From Octopus bimaculoides (taxonomy: Eukaryota), in the NCBI RefSeq assembly GCF_001194135.2, contig NC_068986.1:64816247-64880246 (forward strand): a stretch of DNA of 64,000 nucleotides, read 5' to 3'. The stretch's first letter is position 1. Each line of letters starts with the position of its first letter. Position numbers and translations under genes: made by a program. The notes below the pieces were generated by a model that was not told the DNA's origin, did not search any database, and saw only the letters and a program-made list of their open reading frames with translations. Positions 1 through 12,692 of this stretch are shown here, piece after piece.

Positions 1-739
1 ACCTAGACAAACAAGCAGAGCCATTTTCACCGCTTCCGAACCAGAAATTGCATCCTCGGGACCATGGCTTCCGCGCGAGAACCCCTGAAACTGTCTCCTT
101 TAACGCTCCCTCACAGGAGTTTGAGGCTTCAATGGGCCAAAAAGTTCATGACGTTAGACATGAGTTGTGTTCTGTTCACTGACGAAACCAGGGCGACTCT
201 TGACGGACCTGATGGTTGGGCAAATGGTTGGGTCTATTTTGAAGATGAGCGTCACCAACGTTTATGATGTCGACAACAAGGTGGAGGAGTCATGTTGTGG
301 GCTGGTATCATTGGGGACAGACTTACTGGCCCAGTCAGGATGCCTGAGGGGGTTAAAGTGACCGCAGCCGCCTACTGCAATCTCCTGATCCCTGGCTAGA
401 TGACATACTGCTGCCACTTCTAAGGAATCACGTATTCATGCATGACAACGCTCCCTTCTAGGACCACCCAAACATTACTAGGGTCTTACCGCACACAAGG
501 TGAACAGTTGATAGTGTGGCCGCCTGCATCACCGGATTTCTATCGAAAATCTTTGGTCCATTATTTAGTAAGATGTTTATGCTGATGGATGCCAATTTAT
601 ATTGAAAGATGTCTTATGGGCAACCATCAAAACTGCAGCAGAGGCAGTCCAACCTGCTACTATTAAGAAATTGATAGATTCCATGACTAATAGGGTTTTT
701 GAAGTTATCTGTCGAAATGGTGCTTACGTGGCTAAATAA
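1..739 (+). mobile_element. Tc1/mariner transposase remnant, TRT (DD37E)-like, cut by the window start
   Basis: Frameshifted translation: LRLQWAKKFM..VLFTDETRATLDGPDGW..QQGGGVMLWAGIIG..FMHDNAP..QGEQLIVWPPASPD..IENLW..RNGAYVAK*. The D2-to-E codon distance is 101 nt with two visible deletions; restoring them (13 nt) gives the 37-residue spacing. No clear 3' TIR. Confidence 0.85.
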
Positions 740-2368
740 TTCATTATGTCAATAAAGTTATAATGTTATTATGGTTTTCTGTTAAATATATACTCAAAGT
801 ATGCTTAATAAGTATCATTATCCTTCATTTTCTAAAAAAAAAAAAAAGTCTATATGGGCTGCTTTCATCCAAAAGCTATTAGCGTGATTCACCCCCAAAT
901 TGAAAAATCTGAAATAAAAAAGAAAGGACGTTACACAGAATAATGAAAACATAGCAGAAAACCGAGAAATCCTAAATTTCACTTCTAAATTATTAGCGTG
1001 GATCTGGGTATAGATGTTTTGCACCGATAAATACAGTTCATGGCTGTTTAACATCAAGTCAGTCGTCTATGACCAGACCTATAATCAAAGGTGTTACACC
1101 TGTGACAATTTCGCTAAGGTGTAATGTGAGGGGAATCGTAGCAGCTCCCTCAGTTCGTATTTGAATGAATCTGACTATGGATTAAAATCTCCAGTTACCA
1201 TATATACAAATATTTTAGTTATACAGGTGATACACAAGCCTTTATAGTATTGACGCAAACCGGATAATAATAATAAGTCATTTGAACTTCTTAGTATACA
1301 TATTATTTCGTCCTCTCACACCTCTCTACTACATATTTCATCCACCTCCCAATTATATTAATTGTACCTACGACTGAAGTTATCACGTTAACTGTTACGG
1401 TTCAGAGATTCCAGGATAGCTGGTCAGCTGCCATACACTCCTAACAACCCAAGTTAGTTGAACTAGAAGGACCCGAGCAAGTGAATAAGATTACCATATT
1501 TTGTTATGATTAGAACAATGAATATATCTGATTCATTATCCCTCTCAATTCCACAGGTGTCGACGGTCCTGTACAGAGCCATGGTGTACCTGAGGAAAAC
1601 AAAACTGTTTTGCTCAGGCCGAGGTAAACGACTGTCTATCAGCATTCCAGACTAATTCGGAGCTTCCATTTCTTGAGATAATTCGATTTCAGGATTGAAA
1701 ACCACATATCTACATCCTAGAGTAAGTGACTAAATTAAATTAACCAATCTGAGCAGCAAAATTGAACATCCAACACACATATTTCACAAGTAACGAAATT
1801 TGACAACGTAGGGGCAATAACTCTGGATGAGACATTTTAGAGTTATTTCCCTTGAATCGTTTAAATATTCCTTGTGAACCCGAAATATTTTCTTAGAGCC
1901 AAATGTATTTTCATTTCAACAAATATATATTTCCTTTCCTTTCTTCTATTTTTAGGAGTAATAGAGGAATTGTATGATGTGACGTATATGACGTTTCTAA
2001 GAGTATTAATTTTCTAAATGAACTAAAATGAAAATAGAAACTTGCGCAAGATCTCTGCTAGATAGAAGCTTACAACTTATATTTGTTAGTTTGTTATCTT
2101 GAAAATACAAACATCCTCTTATCTTCATAGCTTATTTGTTGGATGTACTCTAATAAAAAATAATCCTGTGCACCAACCACATATATATTTAGCAATAAAG
2201 AAACTACTGCAAAGCTATGTCATTACAACCAGTATTGGCTTTAATAATGGTTCTCAATCTTCTGTATATTTTTAGTCTTTTCAATACTAAATTGCCCACA
2301 CGCAAGTTATCCAATCAAAATGAAGCTAAAATGGTACCATTGTTAGAATATGTCTTATTCCAATAGTC

Positions 2369-2738
2369 CACTGGTTCTCAACCACTTTTAATCTATGGAC
2401 CCCTTTGATTACTGTTTTGTTCTGGAGTCCCCCACTAGCCATTCAATGTTTAAAAACTAGTTTCATAGATACATCTTGTAAAATTCCTGTTTTGTTTTTC
2501 ACCCATTCACGTGTGTTGGTTTGCAGTAGAACTCTCCGAGAGAACATGTTTCAGTGGCTGGAAACCTGTTGAACTCTGTAAAGCATTAGAGAAAGAAACC
2601 TAGTTGTTTCTTACAATAAGTACATTTAAAACAAACTTTTTTCATGGATCCTTAAAATACTACTGTGGATCCACAATTTACCATTTTGATTGCTTGGATA
2701 CCCAAAAATCTTATATGGATCCCAGTTGAGAATCACTG
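2369..2738. mobile_element. hAT (Charlie-type) MITE
   Basis: Termini CACTGGTTCTCAAC...GTTGAGAATCACTG. Flanking 8-mers caatagtc / ctatagtt match 6/8 (degenerate TSD). Confidence 0.7.
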
Positions 2739-3309
2739 CTATAGTTCAATGAAGGTATCTTGATCTGTCAGAACAGTTAAAACACCACCTACAGTCTTAA
2801 AAACAGGACACAATTGTTCATGTAGTCTAAGATGTACAGAGAGATAAGAGAGTTATATCTGGAGTGTTTTTGGTCATAGCTCTACTTGATCAGAGCTGAC
2901 CAGTAAGAATGTTGTTCCCACCTCGAAGTATTTTGATATGGTTCTTTTTAGAAAATCCTCACAAAATTTACGGAAAAGTAATGTATTAATGGTGGTCATG
3001 AAGATGATGATGACACAATGTATCCACCCTTACATTGTTTATGCCTTTCAGTTATGCAGCTTATGAAAATAATAATAAGAGTTCTTCTGATTTGTTTTTT
3101 TGCCAATGTTAACTTGGTTGGGATTTTAAACTATACATAAACTAAATTTAATTCATTTAATTATCCCCTAGGGGAGGAGGGTCAAAGGGTTATTAGGTAT
3201 TATCCCTGCTCTTCTTCAGATGAATAGCATAAAAACAAAAGTAATGAATAAAACACTAAACATCAACCTTAGAATACTTTAAAGTTTCATATAACCAATT
3301 CTGATTTGC

Positions 3310-3600
3310 AGATCTTACCAAGGTTGAACTCACAGCTGTTGGCAAAACAAGAGCAAGGAGGGAATTCCAAAGGGATGATGCTCATGGGGCAAGGATTGGG
3401 GGTGGGATGGGGGAATGGTTAATGCAGGGTTCGAAATGACATGGGTGATGATAGGAAGAGAGATGAGAGTGCAGTGTTTCACAAACACCTAACTCTGACA
3501 GTTAGAGTTCATTTAAGATGGATTGAGGTAATTCTGTGGGATCATTTGAGTTTATTTGATCATTCTTACCCTATCTTCTAAATGTAAATAGCCATGTAGC
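3310..3600 (-). mobile_element. Degraded CR1/L2-type LINE 3' fragment
   Basis: Purine-rich plus strand with GGAATTCCAAAGGG (minus-strand LWNS), similar to the fragments near 33660-34260 and 37160-37470. Confidence 0.35.
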
Positions 3601-3719
3601 TTCACTACAACAAGACCCTACTTTGCACCCCATCCTCCCATTTTTTAACCCCTCATCTCCCAGCATAAAGCTGCCCCTACCCAGGTGTTCATAGTTTTAC
3701 AAGCTGTGTAGCAAATTTA

Positions 3720-3890
3720 CTAGTGCTGGCGAGACAAAAAAGGACCCAGTACATGTTGTGAAGTGGCTGGCATTAAGAAGGACAGAAGCCATGCTAAAGC
3801 AGTTATTGAAGCACGATAGTCGTTGATCCTGTCACACCATCCAACCCATGCCAGCAAGGAACATGGACATTAAATGATGATGATGATGAT
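3720..3890 (+). mobile_element. RTE-tail-bearing interspersed repeat fragment
   Basis: Ends in ccaacccatgccagcaaggaacatggacattaaatgatgatgat, the tail shared with the RTE copies in this window. Confidence 0.55.
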
Positions 3891-4939
3891 GGCTTATTAA
3901 TGCTTTAATTGTAAGTAATCATAACTATCAAGCAATAAGGAATCAACAGAGTTGATATCTAGACAATTACTTAATCAAGGGATAACATATGTGTAATTAG
4001 CAAACAATTAACACGTAGGAATATGTCAAGGTAAACAGACATAAATAAGATGAAATAAAACATAGATAGGAAAAATTAGGTTACTGGAGGAATTCAGCAT
4101 TTACTACGGCAATTGTTCTCAACCAGGAAATATAAAGTTTGTCACAGATTTCCAAAGTAACAATAGTTATATTTCTAGTTGTGTAGTGTACAGGTTAACA
4201 GCAGGAAGGGCATTTACTAACAGAAACATTGTTTTGACACTACAAATTTGCAAAAAGCAATAAATGTAAAATATAAAATACAGCTAGAAACAATGTGCTT
4301 ACAAAGTTCCTTAGAAGCCTCTAAACATGCCATTACTGCTCCTTAACTAATTTTGGAAATTAATGACTGTGTGGTTATGAAGCTTGCTTTGCAACCAGGT
4401 GATATACTTTAGCCTCAAACTGACCAATGCCTTGCAAATGAATTTGGTAGATGGAAACTGTGAGAAAGTCTGTTGTGTATGTGTGTGTGTTTCATGGTAG
4501 GACATTTTGACTTCTGTTTTTAGCATACAAGGAATCCACTTAGTGGTCTCTCCTCCTATTTATATATATATATATATATGGCAAATAAGAAAATGGAGAG
4601 GATACAAAACGACAAACTAGAATGTCTACCGGCTGATATATGTCATTTTTGTATCCTCACCATTTTCTTATTTGCCATATAAATTAAGGGTAAACCACTT
4701 TTTACCCCAGCCCATATATAATACTCAATTGCAAGATTGCCACACAATAACCAGCACTTAGGTATGAATAATTGGGCACGCTACCAGCGATATATTGGAT
4801 AGATACTATCCCTTAGTTGGTTGGTTTCCCAACCTCTAACTCACACAGATACACACACACACGTGTCTCTTTATCCTCCCCCACCACTTGACAACTGTTA
4901 GTTCATTTCCGTCTCCATATGTAAAAGAGATAAAAGAAG

Positions 4940-5400
4940 AAAATGATTACTTTGATTTGACTAAACAGAAAGAAGGGGAGAAGAGCAGAAGGAAGAGTAG
5001 ATTAGATGATAAAGCTTCTCTTTTGGTGTCCAACTGAGATGCATAGAAATAACTGCATGGAATTAAAAGAGCTGGTGCCTAATTTGAATTGATATCGATT
5101 CAAGTTCAAATCAACTGTTAATTTGGAACAATTAATTTCAAACTACAAATATATGAGAAGGAAAACAAGCGAGAAAGGAATCCCCAAATAAGTTATATTG
5201 AAGGAGGAAGAGTTGACACAAGGTATGACTATGAAGATGTTACAGATCAGCATCGTTTCAGTTTACAATTAAGTAGTATTAGGAACATCATCTATTTATA
5301 AGATCCTTTGTGGTTATTTTTCAGCCTCAGGTGAATGTAGCATGAACTACATTATCAAATATATCACTTAAGGTAAATGTAGCTGTTATTTCCAGCTGAT
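4940..5400 (+). mobile_element. Possible pogo/Tigger transposase remnant
   Basis: Stop-ridden frames give RFK..IEGG..(Q)VYDYEDVTD, loosely resembling IEEGGY..QVFNxDETG. Weak match. Confidence 0.25.
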
Positions 5401-6399
5401 TGAGTGACCATGTAGAAGCCCCTTCTTTGATCCAAAAGGAATTTCCCTTAACTGTAAAAAAAAAAAATTTGAAGATGCTGGAGCCATTCTAGCATAGAAA
5501 TGAATCAGAATGAAGAATAAGATAATTGAGTTCAAATTTAAATAAATCCAAGATACAAACTCTATCAATAACCAGAATTTACATTTCCACAGATAAAAGC
5601 AAAAATAAAAATGTGGGGAGAATAAAACATGTAGACTTAAATGTTAGCTTAACAAAAGATTAACGCCATTACTTATGATAGCCATTATATCTTTTATTTT
5701 TTACTTGTTTCAGTCATTAGACTGTGGCCATGCAGGAGCATCACCTTGAAGAATTTTTAGTTGAATGAATCAACTCCAGTACTTATTTTTTGTTAAGGCT
5801 GGTATTTATTCTTCTGTTGAGCTGCTAAGTTATGGGGACATAAACATACCAACACTGGTTGTCAAGTGGTAATGGGGGACATACACACACACACCTATAT
5901 ATTGATATGTAATTATAAGATCCAAGGATCTAAGTGTAGGAAGTTTGTAAGCTTTGAGCAGTCTGTGGTAGGTATAAAAAACAACATTCAGGAACAATAA
6001 TAATTTATTGGCATTGAAGGTTGTAGGCTTTTCCAATATTGAGGCTTGATAAGCTGAAAAATATTTTTCATAACTCATGATTAGCAACCTGAGCTACTAT
6101 GAATGCAAATAAAAATCCAAAATAAGGGAGTGTAGCAGGTGAAATTCAGGCTACATGTTTCCTAGCAAGCAGATCCTTTGATGTAATTATTACTTATCCC
6201 TTCAGGTAGATGGCCATGCTCAATATGTAGAAAAGGCATAGGAAGAAACTCCATAAGATGTCCCTGCTGCAAGCCAATGGCACATAAGAGGTGCAGTAAT
6301 ATCAGAGGAACGTTAACAGGGAAAATAGTCTTTGTGTGTGACATATCTACAGAGATACAATAAACACTAGAAATGTACAGAAAATAGATTTTGTCAAAT

Positions 6400-7215
6400 G
6401 CCAGAAGGGATATCTAGAAGTAGTTGATAGCTTCCGTTATCTAGGTGACCAAGTCAGCAGTGGAGGTGGATACTCCGAGAGTGTAGCTGCAAGAATAAGA
6501 ATAGGCTGGGCAAAGTTCAGAGAGCTTCTACCTCTGTTGGTAACAAATGGTCTCTCTCTCTTAGAATGAAAGACAGACTGTATGATGCCTGTGTGTGAAT
6601 AGCCATGCTCTATGGCAGTAAAACATGGGCTGTGACTGCAGAGGGCATGCAAAGGCTTGAAAGAAATGAAACCAGTATGCTTCACTGGATGTGCAATGTC
6701 AGTGTGCATGCATGACAGAATGTAAGTGTTTTGAGAGAAAAACTGGACATAAGAGGCATCAAATGTAGTGTGCAAGAGAGATGAAGAGATTAATGTGCTG
6801 GTGTGGTCATGTGATGTATATGGATGAGGACAGTTGTGTAAAGAAGTGCTGATCTCTGTGGATGGAGCCTGTAGAAGAGGTAGACATTGTCAGTAGCATA
6901 ATCTTTGAATGTTGGGCCTCACAGAGGTGAGGGATGGGCCTCATAGAGGTGACAGCAAGTGACTGAGACCTTTGGCAATATGCTGTGCTTGACTTCTGAA
7001 ATCATAGTCATGACTGTTACCGACACCCATGAAATTGTAGTCATGGCCACTGCTGGTGTCATGTAAAAACCACCCATGACACTCTTGGAGTAGTTGGCTT
7101 TAGGAAGGGCATCCAGCCATAGAAATCATGCCAAATGGTGCAGCTCTCTGGCTTACTAGTTCCAGTAAAACCATCTAACCCATGCCAGCATGGAAAGCAA
7201 ACATTAAATGATGAT
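6400..7215 (+). mobile_element. RTE-clade LINE 3' fragment
   Basis: [43 protein letters not shown], ending in the catggaaagcaaacattaaatgatgatga tail. Confidence 0.85.
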
Positions 7216-7461
7216 GAAGGGGTACTCAGCTAGTTACTCAACAGGTTGAAAGTACTTTAATTATATGAAGGTTACAGTGTCCTTAAGGAATCCTAAGTTA
7301 ACTCACCAAAAGGGATCTTTCGCCTGACAACCTGCTAGCTGAGTATGCCTCATATAATTATTACATCAGAGGATTTGCTAGCTAGGAAACATATGTAGCC
7401 TGGGTTTTACCTGCTCCACTCTCTCAATTTGTGTGTATATATATATATGTATGTATATATA

Positions 7462-7630
7462 TGTGTGTATGTAATGGGATTCTTTCAGTTTCCACCTACT
7501 AAATCCACTCGCAAGGCTTTGGTTGGCCCAAGGTTATTGTAGAAGACGCTTGCCTAAGGTGCCATGGAGTGGGACTGAACCTGAACCATGTGGTTGGGAA
7601 GCAAGCTTCTTACCACACAGTCATGTCTGT
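7462..7630 (-). mobile_element. tRNA-derived CORE-type SINE (family A)
   Basis: Reverse complement reads ggtaagaagcttgcttcccaaccacatggttcaggttcagtcccact..ggcaccttaggcaagcgtcttct. Confidence 0.75.
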
Positions 7631-8061
7631 GCCTGTGGTAAACTTTCTTCCCATTGTCTCTGAAATTTTATCTCTAGCCAGCAGCCTTTGACTTGCACAC
7701 TATTCAAGAGAATACTAACCATGTCAATCTCACTAATCTTGGAGAGTCCTTCCTTCAGACCAACCCAATAAAAGATTAAAAAGAAGGGCCCATAGCCTTT
7801 GGATGCTTTCTCAGGCTGATGACAGTGATGAATTTGATGTTTAACTTGAACTTCAGTAGGTTGATGCCCTTATGGAAAGTATGGAGGAAGGCAGGAAGTT
7901 CCATAGATTTTGGGTCTGAAAAAGAAAGACTAAGCAAAAAGTATTTAATACTGAAGTTTCTGGAGTGAGATAAAGGAGTTGGAGGTAGGGGTGGGCTTAG
8001 GCAGGAGTGTCAGATTGCTAATTGAGAAGGGGAAGAACCATTGAAGAGTAAGCAAGTGAGT

Positions 8062-8070
8062 GGGAGAGAA

Positions 8071-8123
<53 letters not shown>
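8062..8123. repeat. (GA)n microsatellite
   Basis: Direct reading. Confidence 0.95.
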
Positions 8124-8129
<6 letters not shown>

Positions 8130-8853
8130 TTTTGCCAACAGTTCGATGGCTTTTTCTTTATATTTGATTCAGGCCTGCCCAAACTGAACTGCATTCATGA
8201 TGCCTCATTTTTGTTTCAGATATGTCAATATTACATAATACTTGAAAGAAAGGTATTTAAGATGGTCGGGTATTATTTGAATTTAGCTGCTATTTTTGCT
8301 GTCACTTTAGCTTGTAGTCAAGAATTTTGTATCGTAGCTACTCTCTCTCAGATATGTGAAGAGTACTCAAATGTGGAACTCCTTTTAATCATCATCATCA
8401 TCATTTAATGTCTGTTGTCCATGCTGGCATAGGTCACGTGGCTCGACCAGAGCTGCACCAGACTCCAGTCTGCCAACCACTTTACAAAGAGTACTGGGCG
8501 CTTTTAGGTGGCACTGCATGGGTGCTTTTACTCAACAAAATATTAACAAGCTATCAAGATGCAGATCTGGTTTTGCTATAAGTATGTATTCACAGATCAT
8601 CTAGACTGTGAGGCTTTAGTATTTGCAAAGTTTGTTATGTTTTAGTTATGTGCTGCTAATTGCAGGACCTGCAAAGGCCCTGACACAGCCCCTTCCTCCA
8701 AACCAAACCATTAAGAACAATGTGATGGTACACGAGGGAAGTATTTCCTTGATATGTGTAGTGTATTTAGGTGGGCCTTCTGAGACAAATGAGATCAATG
8801 TTAATATTTACCCATAACAGTTGTTGGTTAACAACTGCAGGAATATATATATA

Positions 8854-8995
8854 TGTTACACGTTCATATCTATGTGTATGCGTAGGTATACGTATATATG
8901 AATACATCCCCACTAGTAGTACTATTTTGTTAAGCGCATCTACTAAGCAGTATGAACTGTGTCTAAGGCAGATACGCACAGTGTGTATCACTCCG

Positions 8996-9037
<42 letters not shown>

Positions 9038-9135
9038 TGTTTGTAAACTTGCCAAGTAAATAAACATGTAGAATCATAATAATGCCTTCAGTGAGTTGTT
9101 TATTATCCCAACACGAACCAAAAGAATACATAACA
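8854..9135 (+). repeat. 5' LTR (282 bp)
   Basis: TGTTACACG...CATAACA; direct repeat of 12363-12615; contains (TA)20. Confidence 0.95.
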
Positions 9136-9146
9136 TGGTGGCAGTG
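9136..9146 (+). other. Primer-binding site, tRNA-Leu-like
   Basis: TGGTGGCAGTG immediately after the LTR CA; TGGTGGCAG is complementary to the 3' end of tRNA-Leu(AAG/UAG). Confidence 0.7.
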
Positions 9147-9258
9147 ATAAATACTTAATCGAAAACCATGCCTTTACAACAAAACAGGAACACAACAAAC
9201 CTGAAATTTAATAAACTGAATATCGCTTCGTCTTCGGACACACACACAAAGATCCGAA

Positions 9259-9986
9259 ATGGTGGCCCCTGTCGCCGTACTGATGAATCTACATCCGACC
9301 ATGAACTGTGACGGAGATGATATCATGGAAGCGTTCAAGAAATTCAAACAGGAAACTCAACTGGCTTTCAAAAGCTTCCTGAAAGGAACAACTACCGATG
9401 AAATGGTAAGCTACATCCTTTTATGGACAGGAGAGAAGGGCCTAGACCTATTCAATAGTTGGGATACGTCAGAATCAGATTGCAATAATTCAGACACACT
9501 TTTAGAGAAATTTGAAAGGCACCTAGAGCCCAGATCAAACCATAGAATTCATAGGTATGAATTCCAGGGCCTGAAACAAGACCCACAAAAAACGATTGAC
9601 AACTTCCTGTCCAGACAAAAGAATGTTGCCGAGAAATGCAGATTCAAAGACAAGGACGAAAGGATTGTTGATCAACTTATATGGAGGTGTGCTCATAAAG
9701 AAATCCAAAAATCCCTCATCGGTAAGGATGCTCTCCAATTGATAGAAGCAGTAGACACTGGAAGAGCATTCGAAGCCACTACCAAACAAATGGCCTCACT
9801 TTACAAACAAACACAATAGGCAGCAGTGTAGATATTTTATCTAGACATAGGACGAAACATACCCACAAATAGAGAACATGCCAGTACTGTGGTACAGAGT
9901 ATGAGTTCAATGACCGGAACAAATGTCCTGCATTCGGTACACACTGCAAAGCATGTGGAAAGCCCAACCATTGGGAAAAAATGTGT
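9259..9986 (+). pseudogene. gag: Gypsy gag with tandem zinc knuckles
   Basis: 186-aa ORF (FKKFKQE..LLWTGEKG..LLEKFERHLEP..QTIDNF..CRF..DERIVDQLI), stop at 9817, then CQYCG..CPAFGTHCKACGKPNHWEKMC at 9879-9986 in another frame. Confidence 0.85.
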
Positions 9987-10199
9987 AGACTAACAAAATC
10001 TCACAAATACAAGCCTCAATTTTCAAAGAGGAGCTGTAAGAGAAGACAAAGAGATATACATGCCAAACATCAGGAAGAAAACACCTCAGAGAAGGAATTC
10101 TTGGCAGTCGGCACAATAAATGTACATGAGATGGGAAATGACAACCAGAAAAAAAAAAGAGGCGTATACAACAATACAAATTCAAAAGAAGTCAGGCAA

Positions 10200-10510
10200 A
10201 AAACGAATAAACATTGACTTAAAGCTAAAGATTGACACTGGAGCCCAGAGTGATATCTTACCTGTCAACCTCTACAAAAAGATGTTCCCAGAACATGATA
10301 CAAGAGGATAATGTCAAAGAAGGAATCCTCACACCAAGTGATGTAATCCTCACTGCATACGGAGGTACCAGGATTCCACAACTGGGCAAAACAACCATCA
10401 CAGGGACACACAAAGGAAAAATAATCAAGTGTTCTTTTTATGTCACAAGAACAGAAGGACCTGCAATTCTTGGACTTGATACCTGTCAAAAGCTTAATAT
10501 TGTGTCAATC
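10200..10510 (+). pseudogene. pol: Gypsy aspartic protease remnant
   Basis: LKIDTGAQSDILP (D codon 10234), frameshift, then LTAYGGTRIPQLG..PAILGLDTCQKLNIV. Confidence 0.85.
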
Positions 10511-10541
10511 AACGGTGAAGTGAAGGCAGCTCCAAGCAGGA

Positions 10542-11930
10542 TTGACAGAGATATGCCTATCAAAAACACCAGCCAGACTACAAAGGCTACTGTTGAGGCT
10601 CCAAAAATACGACTACAATATCAGATACAAGCCAGGAAAGGACCTGATATTGGCAGATGCTCCTTCCAGACTATCCTCACATGATAAACAGGAGATGGAA
10701 GGACTAAGTGTTAAGGTCCACCACATTGTAAATGTGACAAACACAAAGCTGGAACAAATCAAAGAAGAGACCAGCAAAGATGAAGAACTCCAGCTTCTTA
10801 CTCAGATGGTGATTCAGGGGTGGCCAGAGAAGAGGCATCAGGTGCAAACCCTCATTCATGAATATTGGGCCATCCATGATGACATATCAGTGGAGAATGG
10901 AATCCTGGTGGCTGGATAAATAGAAATTCTTGACAAGATCCACCAAGGGCATCTGAGAATGGAAAAATGCAAACTCCGAGTCAGCTGTATATTGGGTAGG
11001 TATGTACAAAGACATAGAAAAGATGGTTTTTACATGTCACATCTGTCAAAAGTACAGAAACTCACAACAAAATGAGGAAATGATATCCAGTGACATTCCA
11101 AGAAGGCCATGGCAAACTATTGGAATAGATCTGTTCACAGAGAACCAAGAATGATACTTGATTATGGTCTGTTACTACTCCAAATTCCCATTTGTGAGAA
11201 AAGTAAAAGATCTGAGAGCTAAAACAATAACTACAGTGGCTCGAGGACTTCTAGCAGAGCAAGGAATACCAGAGCAGATCATATGAGACAATGGAACCCA
11301 GTTCACATCTCAGGAATTCAAAAAGCTAGCTGATGAATATGGGTTCAACATTGTAACCTTAGCTCCACACTACCCCAAAGGTCATGGATCCATAGAAAGA
11401 CAGGTGCAGACAGTCAAGAGAACACAAGTCAAATGCCGAGAAACTAAGGAAGACCCACACCTGACATTTTTGTCCCTACAAGCAACACTACTGAGAGCTG
11501 ACATGAAATCTCCTGCAGAAATGCTGAATGGCAAGAAATACAAAACCATCTTGCCAACTAAGAACCAACCTCCTATTCACCAGGAAGAGACAAGAGCGAA
11601 GCTAGCAGCCACTCAAGAACAAGCACAGAAATATTACAACAAACATACACAATATTTACCTGNNNNNNNNNNNNNNNNNNNNNNNNNNNNNNNNNNNNNN
11701 NNNNNNNNNNNNNNNNNNNNNNNNNNNNNNNNNNNNNNNNNNNNNNNNNNNNNNNNNNNNNNNNNNNNNNNNNNNNNNNNCCTGAGATACTTGGAGGACT
11801 TCATGTGCATACTCAAGATCCTATAACTAAAACATGGATCCCAGCACAAGTTGTCAGTAGAGCTGAAACTCCAAGATCATACATTATAGAAACTGAATCT
11901 GGTAGGCAGCTGAGACGTAACAGGGCCCAC
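10542..11930 (+). pseudogene. pol: RNase H C-terminal tail plus integrase remnant
   Basis: PARLQRLLLRLQKYDYNIRYKPGKDLILADA; HQGH..CHIC zinc finger; PWQTIGIDLF..DNGTQFTSQEF..HYPKGHGSIERQVQTVK DDE core; TWIPAQVV..PRSYII..RRNR tail. Confidence 0.88.
11663..11780. other. Assembly gap inside the Gypsy integrase tail (probably zero or negative true length)
   Basis: Flanks overlap in cctg and join in frame as YLPEILGGLHV. Confidence 0.8.
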
Positions 11931-12353
11931 ATCCGCCCAAGGCTATCGAGGATAACATGCGCAACACCTGCAGCATCAGTGACAACACCAACAAGAACCA
12001 CAACACCCACAGCAGATGACAGCACAAACAGAATCCGTGTTTCCACAGAATCATCACCCCAACGGGCACCAACCACCCATCAACAGCCCAACGACACACC
12101 TCAGACACCAGTGCAGAGCACAAGATCCACCAGATGGAGACTGAACATTTTACCACCGATTCGATACCGTTAAAAGAAGAAAAAAAAACCAAAAAACTAT
12201 TTCTTCTAGATCAGGAAGCAGAAAACTATGTGTGTGGGCAGAATAATCTCACGGTTTCTGCTGCAGGATTGCCACCCTTGCGCTGACAAGCCATTAGTGT
12301 AAGGGAGATTACTTCTATTTTTTCATTGCCAAAATATCCTTTTTGTTTTTATC

Positions 12354-12362
12354 AAGAAGGGA
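12354..12362 (+). other. Polypurine tract
   Basis: AAGAAGGGA directly before the 3' LTR TG. Confidence 0.75.
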
Positions 12363-12615
12363 TGTTACACGTTCATATTTATGTGTATGCGTAGGTATAC
12401 GTATATAGGAATACACCCCCACTAGAAGTACTATTTTGTTAAGCGCATCTACTAGGCAGTATGAACTGTGTCTAAGGCAGATACGCACAGTGTGTATCAC
12501 TCCGCTATATATATACTGTTTGTAAACATGCCAAATAAATAAACAGGAAGAATCATAATGGTGCCTTCAGTGAGTTGTTTTATTATCCCAACACGAACCA
12601 AAAGAATACATAACA
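12363..12615 (+). repeat. 3' LTR (253 bp)
   Basis: Differs from the 5' LTR by 11 substitutions, one 1-bp indel, and (TA)5 instead of (TA)20. Confidence 0.95.
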
Positions 12616-12654
12616 AATATATATAATATTGTTACAATATATATAAAAGAATAC

Positions 12655-12692
<38 letters not shown>

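Larger units (their letters stand above)
8854..12615 (+). mobile_element. Ty3/Gypsy LTR retrotransposon (Mag/K02A2.6-like), internally deleted: gag, protease and integrase present; RT and most of RNase H absent
   Basis: Two TG..CA LTRs, PBS, PPT, gag ORF, zinc knuckles, KIDTGA protease, PARLQRLLL RNase H tail, and an HHCC + DDE integrase with stops and frameshifts. Confidence 0.93.

Noticed and set aside
8767-9046. ORFs duplicated at 12315-12500
   Set aside because: Incidental frames in the two LTRs.
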